Shown here: one piece after another, positions 27,447-37,047 of the stretch
Layout: the number at the start of each line of letters is the position of its first letter
How positions within the stretch are numbered: position 1 is the stretch's first letter
Translations under genes and position numbers: made by a program
Source: Octadecabacter sp.
Lineage (GTDB): Bacteria > Pseudomonadota > Alphaproteobacteria > Rhodobacterales > Rhodobacteraceae
Length of the DNA stretch: 40,241 nt
Reading direction: 5' to 3'
Assembly: GCA_018500065.2 (NCBI GenBank)
Contig: JAHBAO020000108.1
Location: forward strand, 1-40,241
The notes under the pieces: generated by a model
Told to the model about the DNA's origin: nothing
What the model saw: only the letters and a program-made list of their open reading frames with translations
Database searches by the model: none

Positions 27447-29183
27447 GTGATACGGCGCCGCCTGTCGCCTGTTTGGAGGACGCGTATCCTTGTGGCTGCG
27501 CTTGTCGCGGTCGCGTGCAGCGTCGTCTACACGTCCAACCGGCTTTTGACAGAACGCTTTACGGAACGCACCCGTGGTGCTGCCGAGGTGCGGCTGGCAC
27601 TGTATTCCGCCAACCTTATCAGCGAGTTGCGGCGAAATTCGATTGTGCCACAACTGTTGGCGCGCGACCCTGCATTGATTGGTGCGTTGAACTCGGCCGA
27701 TTACACGCAATCGACATCGCGGTTGTTGTCGTTCGTTGACGAAATTGGCGCAGCGTCCTTGGTTTTGATGGATACGGACGGGCGCATCGTTGCGGCGACG
27801 AACCGCGAACTGTTGGGGGGGAACTTACGCTCGCAAAGGTCGTTCTTCGACGCGCTGCGCTCCAATGTCACGACGTTTACGGTCGATGAACGCGAAGAGG
27901 GCGGATATTCGTTTACCTATTCACGCCGGATCGAAGACAGCAGTTTGGTGATTGGTGTTGTTTCGGTCGAGGTGGATTTGGCGAAATTGGAACGCTCATG
28001 GGCCGGTATTTCCGATGCGGTTATGGTGCTCGACAGCCAAGGGGTTGCGATTTTGGCAACGGAACCGCGTTGGCGTGGGCGCCTTGAGGAAGAAGGGATC
28101 GCCCTTTTGGAGCCGCAAACCGCGATCGAGCGCGCGCTTCGTGGCACGCCGGATTGGTCTGCTTTGCCGATTGATGCCTACCTGCGCGGTGACGGTGTGA
28201 TGCGCCAAGAAGTGCGCGTGCCGTTTCAGGGGTGGCGCGTGGTTAGTTTCACAACGTTCCAATCGGTGCGCGAACGGGTGAATGCGATTTTGGCGCTCGA
28301 AATCATGGGTTTCGCGATCACGCTGGCGGGGCTATTTTGGTTCCTGTCACGCAGATCAAACCTCGCGGCGCGGATGTTCCAGATGGAATCGGCGGAGCTT
28401 CGCCAGTTGAATAGCCGCCTACAGCGGGAAATTGCCGAGCGTAAGAAGGTCGAAAAGGACCTTGAAGTGGCTGAGCAAACGGTCGCGCAAACGTCTAAAC
28501 TGGCCGCCCTTGGTGAGATGTCAGCCGCCGTTTCACATGAGTTGAACCAACCCCTTGCGGCGATGAAAACCTACCTCGCTGGCGCGCGTCTTTTGATCAG
28601 CCGCGAGCGTCCCGATGAGGCCATTGTCGCGGTGCAACGGATCGACAGCCTGATTGAGCGGATGGGCGCGATTACCAAGCAGCTGAAATCCTATGCGCGC
28701 AAAGGCAAAGATAGCCTTGAACCCGTTGATATGAAGGACGCGGTGCTGTCATCGTTGTCTATGATGGAACCGCAATTGCGCCAACGGCAAGTGGCGATAA
28801 CGCGCACTTTGCCGGACCATCCGGTGATGATTTTTGGCGATAGAATGCGCTTGGAACAGGTCATCATCAACCTGCTGCGCAACGCTTTGGACGCCACCAA
28901 AATGGCGGGTGAACCGGTGATCGAAATCCTGCTGGTACAGGGCGATGTGGCACGCCTTTCCGTGCGCGACAATGGGGGTGGAATTGAAGACCTCGATGAG
29001 TTGTTTGAACCGTTTTACACCACCAAAGCCCCGGGGGATGGTACAGGCTTGGGGCTTGCTATCTCATCGGGCATCGTAAACGACTTCGGCGGACGGTTGA
29101 TCGCGCGCAATTCTGCGAAAGGCGGGGCTGTATTTGAAGTAGAACTGCCCATATTGGGTTCAGATTTAGAAGCAGCGGAGTAA
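27447..29183 (+). CDS. dctB: DctB-like sensor histidine kinase
   Basis: TM - periplasmic Cache-like domain - TM - coiled coil; KLAALGEMSAAVSHELNQPL, NLLRNALDA, DNGGG, FYTTK, GTGLGL. Confidence 0.88.
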   Translation: MIRRRLSPVWRTRILVAALVAVACSVVYTSNRLLTERFTERTRGAAEVRLALYSANLISELRRNSIVPQLLARDPALIGALNSADYTQSTSRLLSFVDEIGAASLVLMDTDGRIVAATNRELLGGNLRSQRSFFDALRSNVTTFTVDEREEGGYSFTYSRRIEDSSLVIGVVSVEVDLAKLERSWAGISDAVMVLDSQGVAILATEPRWRGRLEEEGIALLEPQTAIERALRGTPDWSALPIDAYLRGDGVMRQEVRVPFQGWRVVSFTTFQSVRERVNAILALEIMGFAITLAGLFWFLSRRSNLAARMFQMESAELRQLNSRLQREIAERKKVEKDLEVAEQTVAQTSKLAALGEMSAAVSHELNQPLAAMKTYLAGARLLISRERPDEAIVAVQRIDSLIERMGAITKQLKSYARKGKDSLEPVDMKDAVLSSLSMMEPQLRQRQVAITRTLPDHPVMIFGDRMRLEQVIINLLRNALDATKMAGEPVIEILLVQGDVARLSVRDNGGGIEDLDELFEPFYTTKAPGDGTGLGLAISSGIVNDFGGRLIARNSAKGGAVFEVELPILGSDLEAAE

Positions 29184-29187
29184 ACGC

Positions 29188-30522
29188 ATGGCTCAGGCAA
29201 TGAAAATCGCGATTGTTGATGACGAACAGGACATGCGGCAGTCCATTTCCCAGTGGCTGGCCCTGTCGGGTTACGACACAGAGACATTCGCCAGTGCGGA
29301 AGACGCGCTGAAAGGTGTGGGTCAGGATTATCCGGGTATCGTTGTCAGTGACATCAAGATGCCGGGCATGGATGGCATGCAGTTTCTGAAGAAGCTGAAG
29401 GGCGTTGATAGTTCGCTCCCCGTTATCATGATCACGGGCCACGGCGATGTGCCGATGGCGGTTGAGGCGATGCGTATTGGCGCGTTCGATTTCCTTGAAA
29501 AGCCGTTCAACCCAGACCGCATGACGGAATTGGCCAAAAAGGCGACCGTTGCGCGCCGTTTGACGCTGGATAACCGTGCGCTGCGCCGTGAATTGTCAGA
29601 CGGTGGTGCGTTGATGAAAAAGCTCATCGGTGCATCGCCTGTCATGGAGCGTTTGAAAGAAGACATCCTTGATCTGGGGCAGGCCGATGGCCATGCGCTG
29701 ATTGAGGGCGAGACGGGGACGGGTAAAACGCTGGTCGCGCACGCGCTGCATGCTGTTGGCGCGCGTGCGAACAAGAAATTCGTGCTGATTTCATGTGCCG
29801 CCTATGAGGAAGACGCGCTGTCCAAGCGGCTGTTTGGCCCTGCAGGGCAGGACGATCCGATCCCTGCGATGGAGGAAGCCCGCGGTGGTACATTGGTGCT
29901 GGAGGACATCGAAGCCTTGTCCGAGACCAACCAAGCGCGTTTGCTGACGGCAATTAACGAACAGGGCACACCCGCCGAAACCCGCATCGTTGCCATTTGT
30001 AACCTGCAGGACGAAGGCAAAACCTGCGAAAGCGTGCTGCGCAATGATCTGTTTTATCGCCTGGCCGCTTTGCGGATCACCGTGCCGCCGCTGCGGGCAC
30101 GTGGTGAAGATATCCTGACGCTTTTCACCCGTTTGGGCGAAGGCTTTGCCGAGGAATATGGTTGTGATGCGCCAGAAGTATCCGCACAAGAAGCCGCGCA
30201 ATTGCTGCAAGCGCCGTGGCCGGGCAACGTGCGCCAGCTTTATAACGTGGCCGAACGCGCTGTGCTGCAAAACCGCCGTGGCTCAGGTACGATTGCCAGC
30301 CTCTTGATGACGGAAGACGACGAAAGCCAGCCTGCGATCACCCCCGAGGGCAAACCGCTTAAGGAATTCGTCGAGGCATTTGAGCGGATGTTGATTGACA
30401 ACCCCATGCGCCGCCACAAAGGGTCCATCGTGAACGTCATGGAAGAACTGTGCCTGCCGCGCCGGACGTTGAACGAAAAGATGGCGAAATACGGGCTGCA
30501 ACGATCTGATTATCTTGGGTAA
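29188..30522 (+). CDS. dctD: DctD/NtrC-family response regulator with degenerate AAA+ domain
   Basis: REC domain (VDDE, SDIKMPG, TGHG, EKP), Walker A GETGTGKT, DLFYRL, WPGNVRQL, C-terminal Fis-like HTH; no GAFTGA. Confidence 0.88.
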   Translation: MAQAMKIAIVDDEQDMRQSISQWLALSGYDTETFASAEDALKGVGQDYPGIVVSDIKMPGMDGMQFLKKLKGVDSSLPVIMITGHGDVPMAVEAMRIGAFDFLEKPFNPDRMTELAKKATVARRLTLDNRALRRELSDGGALMKKLIGASPVMERLKEDILDLGQADGHALIEGETGTGKTLVAHALHAVGARANKKFVLISCAAYEEDALSKRLFGPAGQDDPIPAMEEARGGTLVLEDIEALSETNQARLLTAINEQGTPAETRIVAICNLQDEGKTCESVLRNDLFYRLAALRITVPPLRARGEDILTLFTRLGEGFAEEYGCDAPEVSAQEAAQLLQAPWPGNVRQLYNVAERAVLQNRRGSGTIASLLMTEDDESQPAITPEGKPLKEFVEAFERMLIDNPMRRHKGSIVNVMEELCLPRRTLNEKMAKYGLQRSDYLG

Positions 30523-30537
30523 ATCAGGCTGTATGGC

Positions 30538-31335
30538 GTGAAGATTGTCAGCCTAAATGCGTGGGGTGGGCAGGTTTGGCCCGCGCTTGGCAGTTGGCTT
30601 GGCAGCTACGGCGCGGATGTCGTCTGTCTTCAGGAAATGATCAAGCCGGTTGATCCCAGCCCGCCGTGGCTGGCTTACCGCGATGCGTTTCGCAGTCTGA
30701 ATCAACGATCTGATTTGTTTGGTGACATCTGCAAGTCGCTCCCTCATCACAACGCGGCCTTTCACCCCGCAGTGCAAGGCAAACTGAGCGATACGGCTGG
30801 CGTTGAATACGTGTCCCAGCACGGTTTGGGCCAATGGTGCGCGCCAGGCCTGACTGTTTTGGATCGCATAGACGGTTTTGTGCATGGCGCATTTCGCAAA
30901 GATGGATGGGGAGATGAACCTGTGCCGCGCGGGTTTCAGGCGGTGCGTTTGGCGCAGCAAGGGCGTGCACGCTCCGTAACGATCGCCCATTTCCACGGGT
31001 TGCGCGACGCGGCCGGAAAGGGCGACACCCCACTGCGTCAGGAACAGGCGAAGCGCGCTATCACGCTGCTGTCGCAAATTGCGTCGCCCAAAGACGATGT
31101 GGTTTTAGCAGGTGATTTCAACATCCTACCAACGAGCGAGACGTTTGATATTTTCGCAGATTGGGGGCTGCGCGATCTGGTCGGCACACAAGATACGCGC
31201 ACGCAGCTTTACCGCAAAGACGTGCGGCACGCCAATTACATGCTGGTGTCCGCGTCGGTTAAAGTCCAAGCGTTTGAGGTCTTGGCAGCCCCCGTTGTGT
31301 CCGACCATTGCCCGCTGGTGGTGTCGCTGGGTTAG
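30538..31335 (+). CDS. Endonuclease/exonuclease/phosphatase (EEP) family protein
   Basis: SLNAWGG, CLQE, AGDFN, VSDH. Confidence 0.9.
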   Translation: MKIVSLNAWGGQVWPALGSWLGSYGADVVCLQEMIKPVDPSPPWLAYRDAFRSLNQRSDLFGDICKSLPHHNAAFHPAVQGKLSDTAGVEYVSQHGLGQWCAPGLTVLDRIDGFVHGAFRKDGWGDEPVPRGFQAVRLAQQGRARSVTIAHFHGLRDAAGKGDTPLRQEQAKRAITLLSQIASPKDDVVLAGDFNILPTSETFDIFADWGLRDLVGTQDTRTQLYRKDVRHANYMLVSASVKVQAFEVLAAPVVSDHCPLVVSLG

Positions 31336-31782
31336 AACAAAAACGCATTCGCGTTCGATCCGGTCACTTTGAAGTTGTAAAATACCCCCGTTCCCCCCTA
31401 TGTATAAACCACGGGTGGTTGCCATAACGCTTTGCGCAAAATCCCGGTGAGTTTTTCTGTGTTTTGGTTGAGTGGCCCGATCATGCGATCCCGTCATACC
31501 CATAAGACAGACCGAAGAATGTGGTTTCTTAACAAGAAGCTAGATGAATAGCCCTCGGCGGTGATGGAAAACCTAAACGCTTGGGGCCTTGAATGGGCCG
31601 CTTTCGCATATGCATTGGTGGTCGGAGACCAACGCGATGGACCGCGCGATATTACTTAGCGAGAGAGCGACGAGCCAATTGGTTCGCGCATCCGCTGGTG
31701 CGCGCATCGCCACAATCAAACACGCGTCAGACACCGTAGCATCCTTAGGGGTGCCGCCAAATGGCGCGTGGAACAGGATACA

Positions 31783-34476
31783 ATGGCTAAGAAAATGCTT
31801 ATCGATGCCACCCACGCGGAAGAAACCCGCGTTGTGGTGGTCGACGGAAACAAGGTCGAGGAATTCGACTTTGAAACCCAATCCCGCCGCCAGCTGGCCG
31901 GCAACATCTATCTCGCAAAAGTAACACGGGTCGAACCATCGCTGCAGGCAGCGTTTGTGGACTATGGCGGCAACCGCCACGGGTTCCTTGCGTTCAACGA
32001 AATCCACCCTGACTACTACCAAATTCCGGTTGCTGACCGCGAAGCGCTGATGGCCGAAGAAAAGGCCTACGCCGAAGCAATGAAAGCCGAGGCTGAGGCC
32101 GAAGCTGAAAAGCCCAAGCGGACGCGCCGTCGCCGTAAGCCCAAAGCGGCTGAGGTGGATACCAAGGATGCCGTTGCAACGGCTGACCCTGTCGAAACAC
32201 CTGAGGAAGAGACATCCGGCGATATCGCTGGCATGGAAACGATCGACCTGACGGATGAAGGCGATGCCGTAATCGCAGATGGCGAAGCCACGTCGCATAT
32301 GGAAACCGTTGCGGAGACGCCTGTTGAAGAGCCAACAGACGACGCCGAAGACGAAGCCGATGCTGGCGCTACTGATGCGACGGCCAAAGACGAAACCATC
32401 GAAAGCGTCACGGACGAGGACGATCAAGAGGACGTGCGCCCCGTGCGCAAGCCGCGCCCAAAGCGTTATAAAATTCAAGAGGTTATCAAAGTTCGCCAAA
32501 TCCTTTTGATCCAAGTGGTCAAGGAAGAACGCGGCAACAAGGGTGCGGCCCTGACGACATACCTGTCCCTTGCTGGCCGTTACTGCGTGCTGATGCCGAA
32601 CACCGCACGTGGTGGTGGTATCTCGCGCAAGATTACCAACGCCGCAGACCGCAAGAAGCTGAAATCCATCGCCAATGAAATGCTGGTACCAGAAGGTGCT
32701 GGCCTGATCATTCGCACGGCAGGATCACAGCGCACCAAGACCGAGATCAAGCGCGACTATGAATACCTGCAGCGCCTGTGGGAACAGATCCGCGAGCTGA
32801 CGCTGAAATCCACAGCGCCCGCGCAAATCTATGAAGAAGGCAACCTGATCAAACGCTCGATCCGTGATCTTTACAGCAAAGAGATCGACGAAGTGATCGT
32901 TGAAGGTGAAAACGGCTACCGTGTCGCCAAAGACTTCATGAAGATGATCATGCCGTCACACGCAAAGGACGTGACCAACTACAAAGAACAGATGCCACTT
33001 TACGCGCGCCATCAGGTCGAAGGGTATTTGAACGGCATGTTCAACCCGACTGTGCAGCTGCCGTCTGGTGGTTACATCGTGATCGGCATCACCGAAGCGC
33101 TTGTCGCGATTGACGTGAACTCTGGCCGTGCGACCAAAGAAGGCTCAATCGAACAGACCGCCACCAAGACCAACCTTGAGGCCGCCGCTGAAGTTGCGCG
33201 TCAGTTGCGCCTTCGTGACCTTGCCGGCCTGATTGTCATCGACTTCATCGACATGGATGAGCGTAAGAACAACGCTGCCGTTGAAAAGATGATGAAAGAC
33301 AAGCTGAAGACAGATCGCGCGCGCATTCAGGTGGGGCGGATTTCCGGCTTTGGCCTGATGGAAATGTCGCGCCAGCGGTTGCGTCCGGGCATGTTGGAAT
33401 CGACCACACAGGAATGTTCACACTGCCACGGCACGGGCTTGTTGCGCTCGGATGATAACGTTGCACTCGGCATTCTGCGCCAGCTTGAAGAAGAGGGCGT
33501 GCGCGGCCGTTCCAAGGAAGTTCTGATCAAAGCACCGATCGTGATTGCCAACTTCCTGATGAACCAAAAGCGCGAGCACATCGCACAGATCGAAGCCCGT
33601 TACGGGTTGTCCGTGCGGATTGAATGCGATCCGCATCTGGTGTCGCCCGACTACACCCTTGAGAAGTTCAAAACAGCGACCCGCGTGGTGGCCGAAGTTG
33701 AACTTGCTTCTGTGATTTCCTCAGACACAGCTGTTATGGCGGATATTGAAGAAACCGTTGAAGAGGCGGACACAAACACCTCGCCCGAGCAGCAAGATGG
33801 TGAAGCACCAACCAAAAAGCGCCGCCGTCGCCGTCGGCGTCGTCGTGGTGGCGGTGGCGGCGAGAACGCTGATGCCAACACTGCTGAGAATGCTGGCGAG
33901 GCCGTAACCGGAGACGCGGTTGCTGCACCCGTTGAAGCGGACGCTGCGGTTGTTGCGGCAGATGCTGTTGAAACCGAAGAGGCACCAAAGCCGAAGCGCA
34001 CGCGCATGCGCCGTAAGAAGAGCGACGCTGCACCAGTAGACGCTGCTGAAGCTGCTGCAGAGCCTGCTGAGGCCGCACCTGCTGAGCCCGTCGCTGAGGA
34101 AGCGCCAGCAAAGCCAAAGCGTACACGCACCCGCCGCAAAAAGAACGACGATGTGCCAGCTGAAGCGGCGAAGGCCGAAGAAGCGGTGCCTGCGGCTGAA
34201 GAAGAGCCCGCGCCGAAGCCGAAGAAGGCGACTCGCGCACGTAAGAAACCTGCTGCGAAGGCTGAAGCTGAAGCTGAAGCTGTTGCGGCTGAGTCTCCGA
34301 TTGCTGAGGCGCCCGTTGAAACACCGGAACCGGTTGCGGAAGCAAAGCCCAAGCGCGTCCGCAAAACCACATCCAAGCCAAAAGCAGTTGAGCCAGAAGC
34401 TGAGGTGGTGGAGCCGGCAACAGAGGCCAAAGAATCGCCTAAGAAACGCGGCTGGTGGTCCTTGGGTGGACGCTAA
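31783..34476 (+). CDS. rne: Ribonuclease E
   Basis: MAKKMLIDATH, GNIYLAKVTRVEPSLQAAFVDYG, GNKGAALTT, AIDVNSG, IVIDFIDM, CSHCHGTG Zn-link; disordered C-terminus ending GWWS. Confidence 0.98.
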   Translation: MAKKMLIDATHAEETRVVVVDGNKVEEFDFETQSRRQLAGNIYLAKVTRVEPSLQAAFVDYGGNRHGFLAFNEIHPDYYQIPVADREALMAEEKAYAEAMKAEAEAEAEKPKRTRRRRKPKAAEVDTKDAVATADPVETPEEETSGDIAGMETIDLTDEGDAVIADGEATSHMETVAETPVEEPTDDAEDEADAGATDATAKDETIESVTDEDDQEDVRPVRKPRPKRYKIQEVIKVRQILLIQVVKEERGNKGAALTTYLSLAGRYCVLMPNTARGGGISRKITNAADRKKLKSIANEMLVPEGAGLIIRTAGSQRTKTEIKRDYEYLQRLWEQIRELTLKSTAPAQIYEEGNLIKRSIRDLYSKEIDEVIVEGENGYRVAKDFMKMIMPSHAKDVTNYKEQMPLYARHQVEGYLNGMFNPTVQLPSGGYIVIGITEALVAIDVNSGRATKEGSIEQTATKTNLEAAAEVARQLRLRDLAGLIVIDFIDMDERKNNAAVEKMMKDKLKTDRARIQVGRISGFGLMEMSRQRLRPGMLESTTQECSHCHGTGLLRSDDNVALGILRQLEEEGVRGRSKEVLIKAPIVIANFLMNQKREHIAQIEARYGLSVRIECDPHLVSPDYTLEKFKTATRVVAEVELASVISSDTAVMADIEETVEEADTNTSPEQQDGEAPTKKRRRRRRRRRGGGGGENADANTAENAGEAVTGDAVAAPVEADAAVVAADAVETEEAPKPKRTRMRRKKSDAAPVDAAEAAAEPAEAAPAEPVAEEAPAKPKRTRTRRKKNDDVPAEAAKAEEAVPAAEEEPAPKPKKATRARKKPAAKAEAEAEAVAAESPIAEAPVETPEPVAEAKPKRVRKTTSKPKAVEPEAEVVEPATEAKESPKKRGWWSLGGR

Positions 34477-34514
34477 GGCGATACATGAATAAAGATCTGT
34501 AAGGATTTGAAAAT

Positions 34515-34551
34515 AAATGCCGTCCCACGAAATTGGGGCGGCATTTTTATT
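34515..34551. terminator. Rho-independent (probably bidirectional) terminator between rne and tusA
   Basis: AAATGCCGTCCCA-CGAAAT-TGGGGCGGCATTTTTATT, A-rich on the left and T-rich on the right. Confidence 0.8.
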
Positions 34552-34774
34552 GGGTCAATCGCTCAATAACATAGATCTGGTACGCACCTTCATCAGTTTG
34601 CGAAACCAGCCGATGCTTTGCCTCAACACAGAAGTGCGGAATGTCGATCACGGCGATCGGATCATCTGCCCAAACTGTGACAACAGTTCCAACCGGGACC
34701 CCACGCATCACCTTACCGAGCTTCAACACCGGCAAAGGACACATCAACCCACGTGCATCAATAATATCTTCCAT
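34547..34774 (-). CDS. tusA: TusA/SirA family sulfur carrier
   Basis: Start MEDIIDARGLMCPLPVLK (CPxP motif), ADDPIAVIDIPHFC. Confidence 0.9.
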   Translation of the reverse strand: MEDIIDARGLMCPLPVLKLGKVMRGVPVGTVVTVWADDPIAVIDIPHFCVEAKHRLVSQTDEGAYQIYVIERLTQ

Positions 34775-34909
34775 GACCTTGGGGTGGCGCGCATTTTCAC
34801 AAATGTCCACTCTGTCGACGAAATTTTTCAACGTGGTTGAAACATGTTTCAACGGTGACGTGACCAACTGTCAGGTGACGGCGCACCATTGGGACGCTAA
34901 GTACAGGGT

Positions 34910-35665
34910 ATGTTTGAAACCGAAACCTTCCTCGCAGCATCGCTGATTCCAGCACTCCTTGTCGCATTTTCAGCGGGCATTCTGTCGTTTCTCAGCCCCT
35001 GTGTGCTGCCGATTGTGCCGCCTTACCTCGCTTATATGGGGGGGGTGAGCGTATCGGAGATGGAAGACAACAAGGGCGCACGTAAACGCGCCGTCGTTTC
35101 GGCGTTGTTTTTCGTGCTCGGCCTTTCAACAGTTTTCTTGATCCTTGGGGCAGGGGCGTCGGCACTTGGGCGCGTGTTTCTTGGTGTCAAAACCTACTTT
35201 GAGATAGGCGCCGGCATTGTGGTGATCATCTTCGGGTTTCATTTCCTTGGGCTTTACCGTTTGAAATTTCTTGATCGCGAAATGCGCGTGGATGCAGGGG
35301 ACCAAGGCGGGTCTGCCTTTGGCGCGTATTTTCTTGGTCTTGCCTTCGCGTTCGGCTGGACACCCTGCCTTGGCCCAATCCTAAGTGCGATCTTAGGGCT
35401 TGCGACAGGGCAGGCGGATGTAGCTAAGGGTATGTTATTGCTTGGAACTTATGCGCTTGGGCTTGGTGTTCCGTTCCTTTTGGTCGCCGCATTCTTCCCG
35501 CAAATGAAGCGCCCGATGGCATGGATGAAACGCAACATGGGTGTGATCGAAAAGACGTCAGGCGTGCTGCTTGTCGTCGTTGGGCTGGCGATGGCGACGG
35601 GCTTTTTGTCGATGTTCGCATTCTGGATGCTTGAAGCGATGCCATTCTTGGCGGTTTTTGGTTAG
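34910..35665 (+). CDS. ccdA: Cytochrome c biogenesis protein CcdA (DsbD TM domain)
   Basis: SFLSPCVLP and GWTPCLGPIL cysteine motifs; YALGLGVPF. Confidence 0.94.
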   Translation: MFETETFLAASLIPALLVAFSAGILSFLSPCVLPIVPPYLAYMGGVSVSEMEDNKGARKRAVVSALFFVLGLSTVFLILGAGASALGRVFLGVKTYFEIGAGIVVIIFGFHFLGLYRLKFLDREMRVDAGDQGGSAFGAYFLGLAFAFGWTPCLGPILSAILGLATGQADVAKGMLLLGTYALGLGVPFLLVAAFFPQMKRPMAWMKRNMGVIEKTSGVLLVVVGLAMATGFLSMFAFWMLEAMPFLAVFG

Positions 35666-35727
35666 CGGCTAACTTATTTTTGCCGAAGTTCGGGTCTATA
35701 GTGGCTTCAAATTAAGGGCGAAGCGCA

Positions 35728-37047
35728 ATGGATCAGGCAGAGAATACACAGGTGAAACGCCGAAAGGTGTTCTATATTCCCGGCTATGACCCCATTCATC
35801 CGCGCCGCTACCGCGAGCTTTATCGTACTGAATCTGCAGCACAATCCGAGATTTCCGGCTATGATGTCGGCATCGCCGCGAAAGCCGGTGAACACTACGG
35901 CTGGCGCGTGGAATCGCGCATGGACGGGCAATCTGTAGACGCTGAGGTTGAGGTGTTGGTTTGGTCTGACATTGTGCGCAATTCGATGGCGTCCAGCATC
36001 CCCGCGACCTATCTGCAATTGGTGCGTACCGCGTTCACCTACATCGCGTCCGGTGCTTTGCGCCGCTTGATGTGGTTGCGCAAAGGGCCGGTGATCGCCG
36101 CGCTTTACCCTGTCGGAATGTTGCTTTTGCAACTGTTGGGGGCCGTACTTGCGGGGCTTTTGGCCACAAAGGTTTTCAGCTGGGCGCTGATCGGGGCTGG
36201 TCGTGCGATCGTCGGACTTTTTACCGGTGGGGAACGGACGAATTTCTATTTATCAATGTTTTACAATGGATTACTGGCTGTTGAATTGGTGTTGGTTGGG
36301 TGGATTACGTGGCAGGTACTTTGCTGGTTCAAGAAAAATGATGGCAAGTTCTTTGCCTATTACCTTATGCATGATTTCGCCTATTCCGCCAAAACAAAGG
36401 GTTCAAACGCGCCTGAGCTTGAAGACCGTATGGCGGATTTTCGGGGCGTTATCGGCGAAGCGTTGGAGGGTGACTTTGATGAAGTGTTGGTTGTCGGCCA
36501 TTCATCCGGTGCGCATTTAGCGGTGTCCATCCTTGCGGATTTGATCCGTGAAGGCGGCGTTTTGGCGGATCGTCCCGCGCTCGGATTCCTGAGCCTTGGG
36601 CAGGTCGTCCCGATGGTGAGCTTCTTGCCCAAAGCCGACCGTTTGCGTACCGATCTAAATTACCTATCCACCCGTGATGAGCTGACTTGGGTCGATGTCA
36701 CCGCGCCCGGTGACGGATGTACATTTGCGCTGTGTGATCCGGTGGCAGTGTCCGGTGTCGCACCAGCAGGGCAGAAATGGCCACTGGTGATTTCGGCCGC
36801 GTTCACCCAAACCCTGTCGCCCAAGCGCTGGAAAGAGCTGCGTTGGAAATTCTTCCGCCTGCATTTTCAATACCTTTGCGCGTTTGATCGGGTTGGGGAC
36901 TACGACTATTTCCGCATCACGGCAGGGCCACTGACCCTCGCTGAGCGCTTTGAGGGGCGCGAGCCGAGCAAATCGCGCATTGACGTAGCCGCGTCCAAGT
37001 TTACCAGTATGAACCATGATCCCGCCCAAACCCCCATCACGTCCTGA
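35728..37047 (+). CDS. Conserved hypothetical membrane-associated alpha/beta-hydrolase-fold protein
   Basis: VFYIPGYDP, two hydrophobic segments, VLVVGHSSGAHL (GxSxG), APGDG, RLHFQY; overlaps the P450 start. Confidence 0.75.
   Translation: MDQAENTQVKRRKVFYIPGYDPIHPRRYRELYRTESAAQSEISGYDVGIAAKAGEHYGWRVESRMDGQSVDAEVEVLVWSDIVRNSMASSIPATYLQLVRTAFTYIASGALRRLMWLRKGPVIAALYPVGMLLLQLLGAVLAGLLATKVFSWALIGAGRAIVGLFTGGERTNFYLSMFYNGLLAVELVLVGWITWQVLCWFKKNDGKFFAYYLMHDFAYSAKTKGSNAPELEDRMADFRGVIGEALEGDFDEVLVVGHSSGAHLAVSILADLIREGGVLADRPALGFLSLGQVVPMVSFLPKADRLRTDLNYLSTRDELTWVDVTAPGDGCTFALCDPVAVSGVAPAGQKWPLVISAAFTQTLSPKRWKELRWKFFRLHFQYLCAFDRVGDYDYFRITAGPLTLAERFEGREPSKSRIDVAASKFTSMNHDPAQTPITS

Noticed and set aside
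31573-34430. Long antisense ORFs (313, 259 and 228 aa) opposite rne, and similar ones opposite pepA, ABC-F, ndk, purC and the P450
   Set aside because: Expected stop-free mirror frames of codon-biased genes; no independent motifs or RBS.
34910-35665. ccdA read as the CcdA antitoxin
   Set aside because: Name clash only; this is the DsbD-like cytochrome c biogenesis membrane protein.
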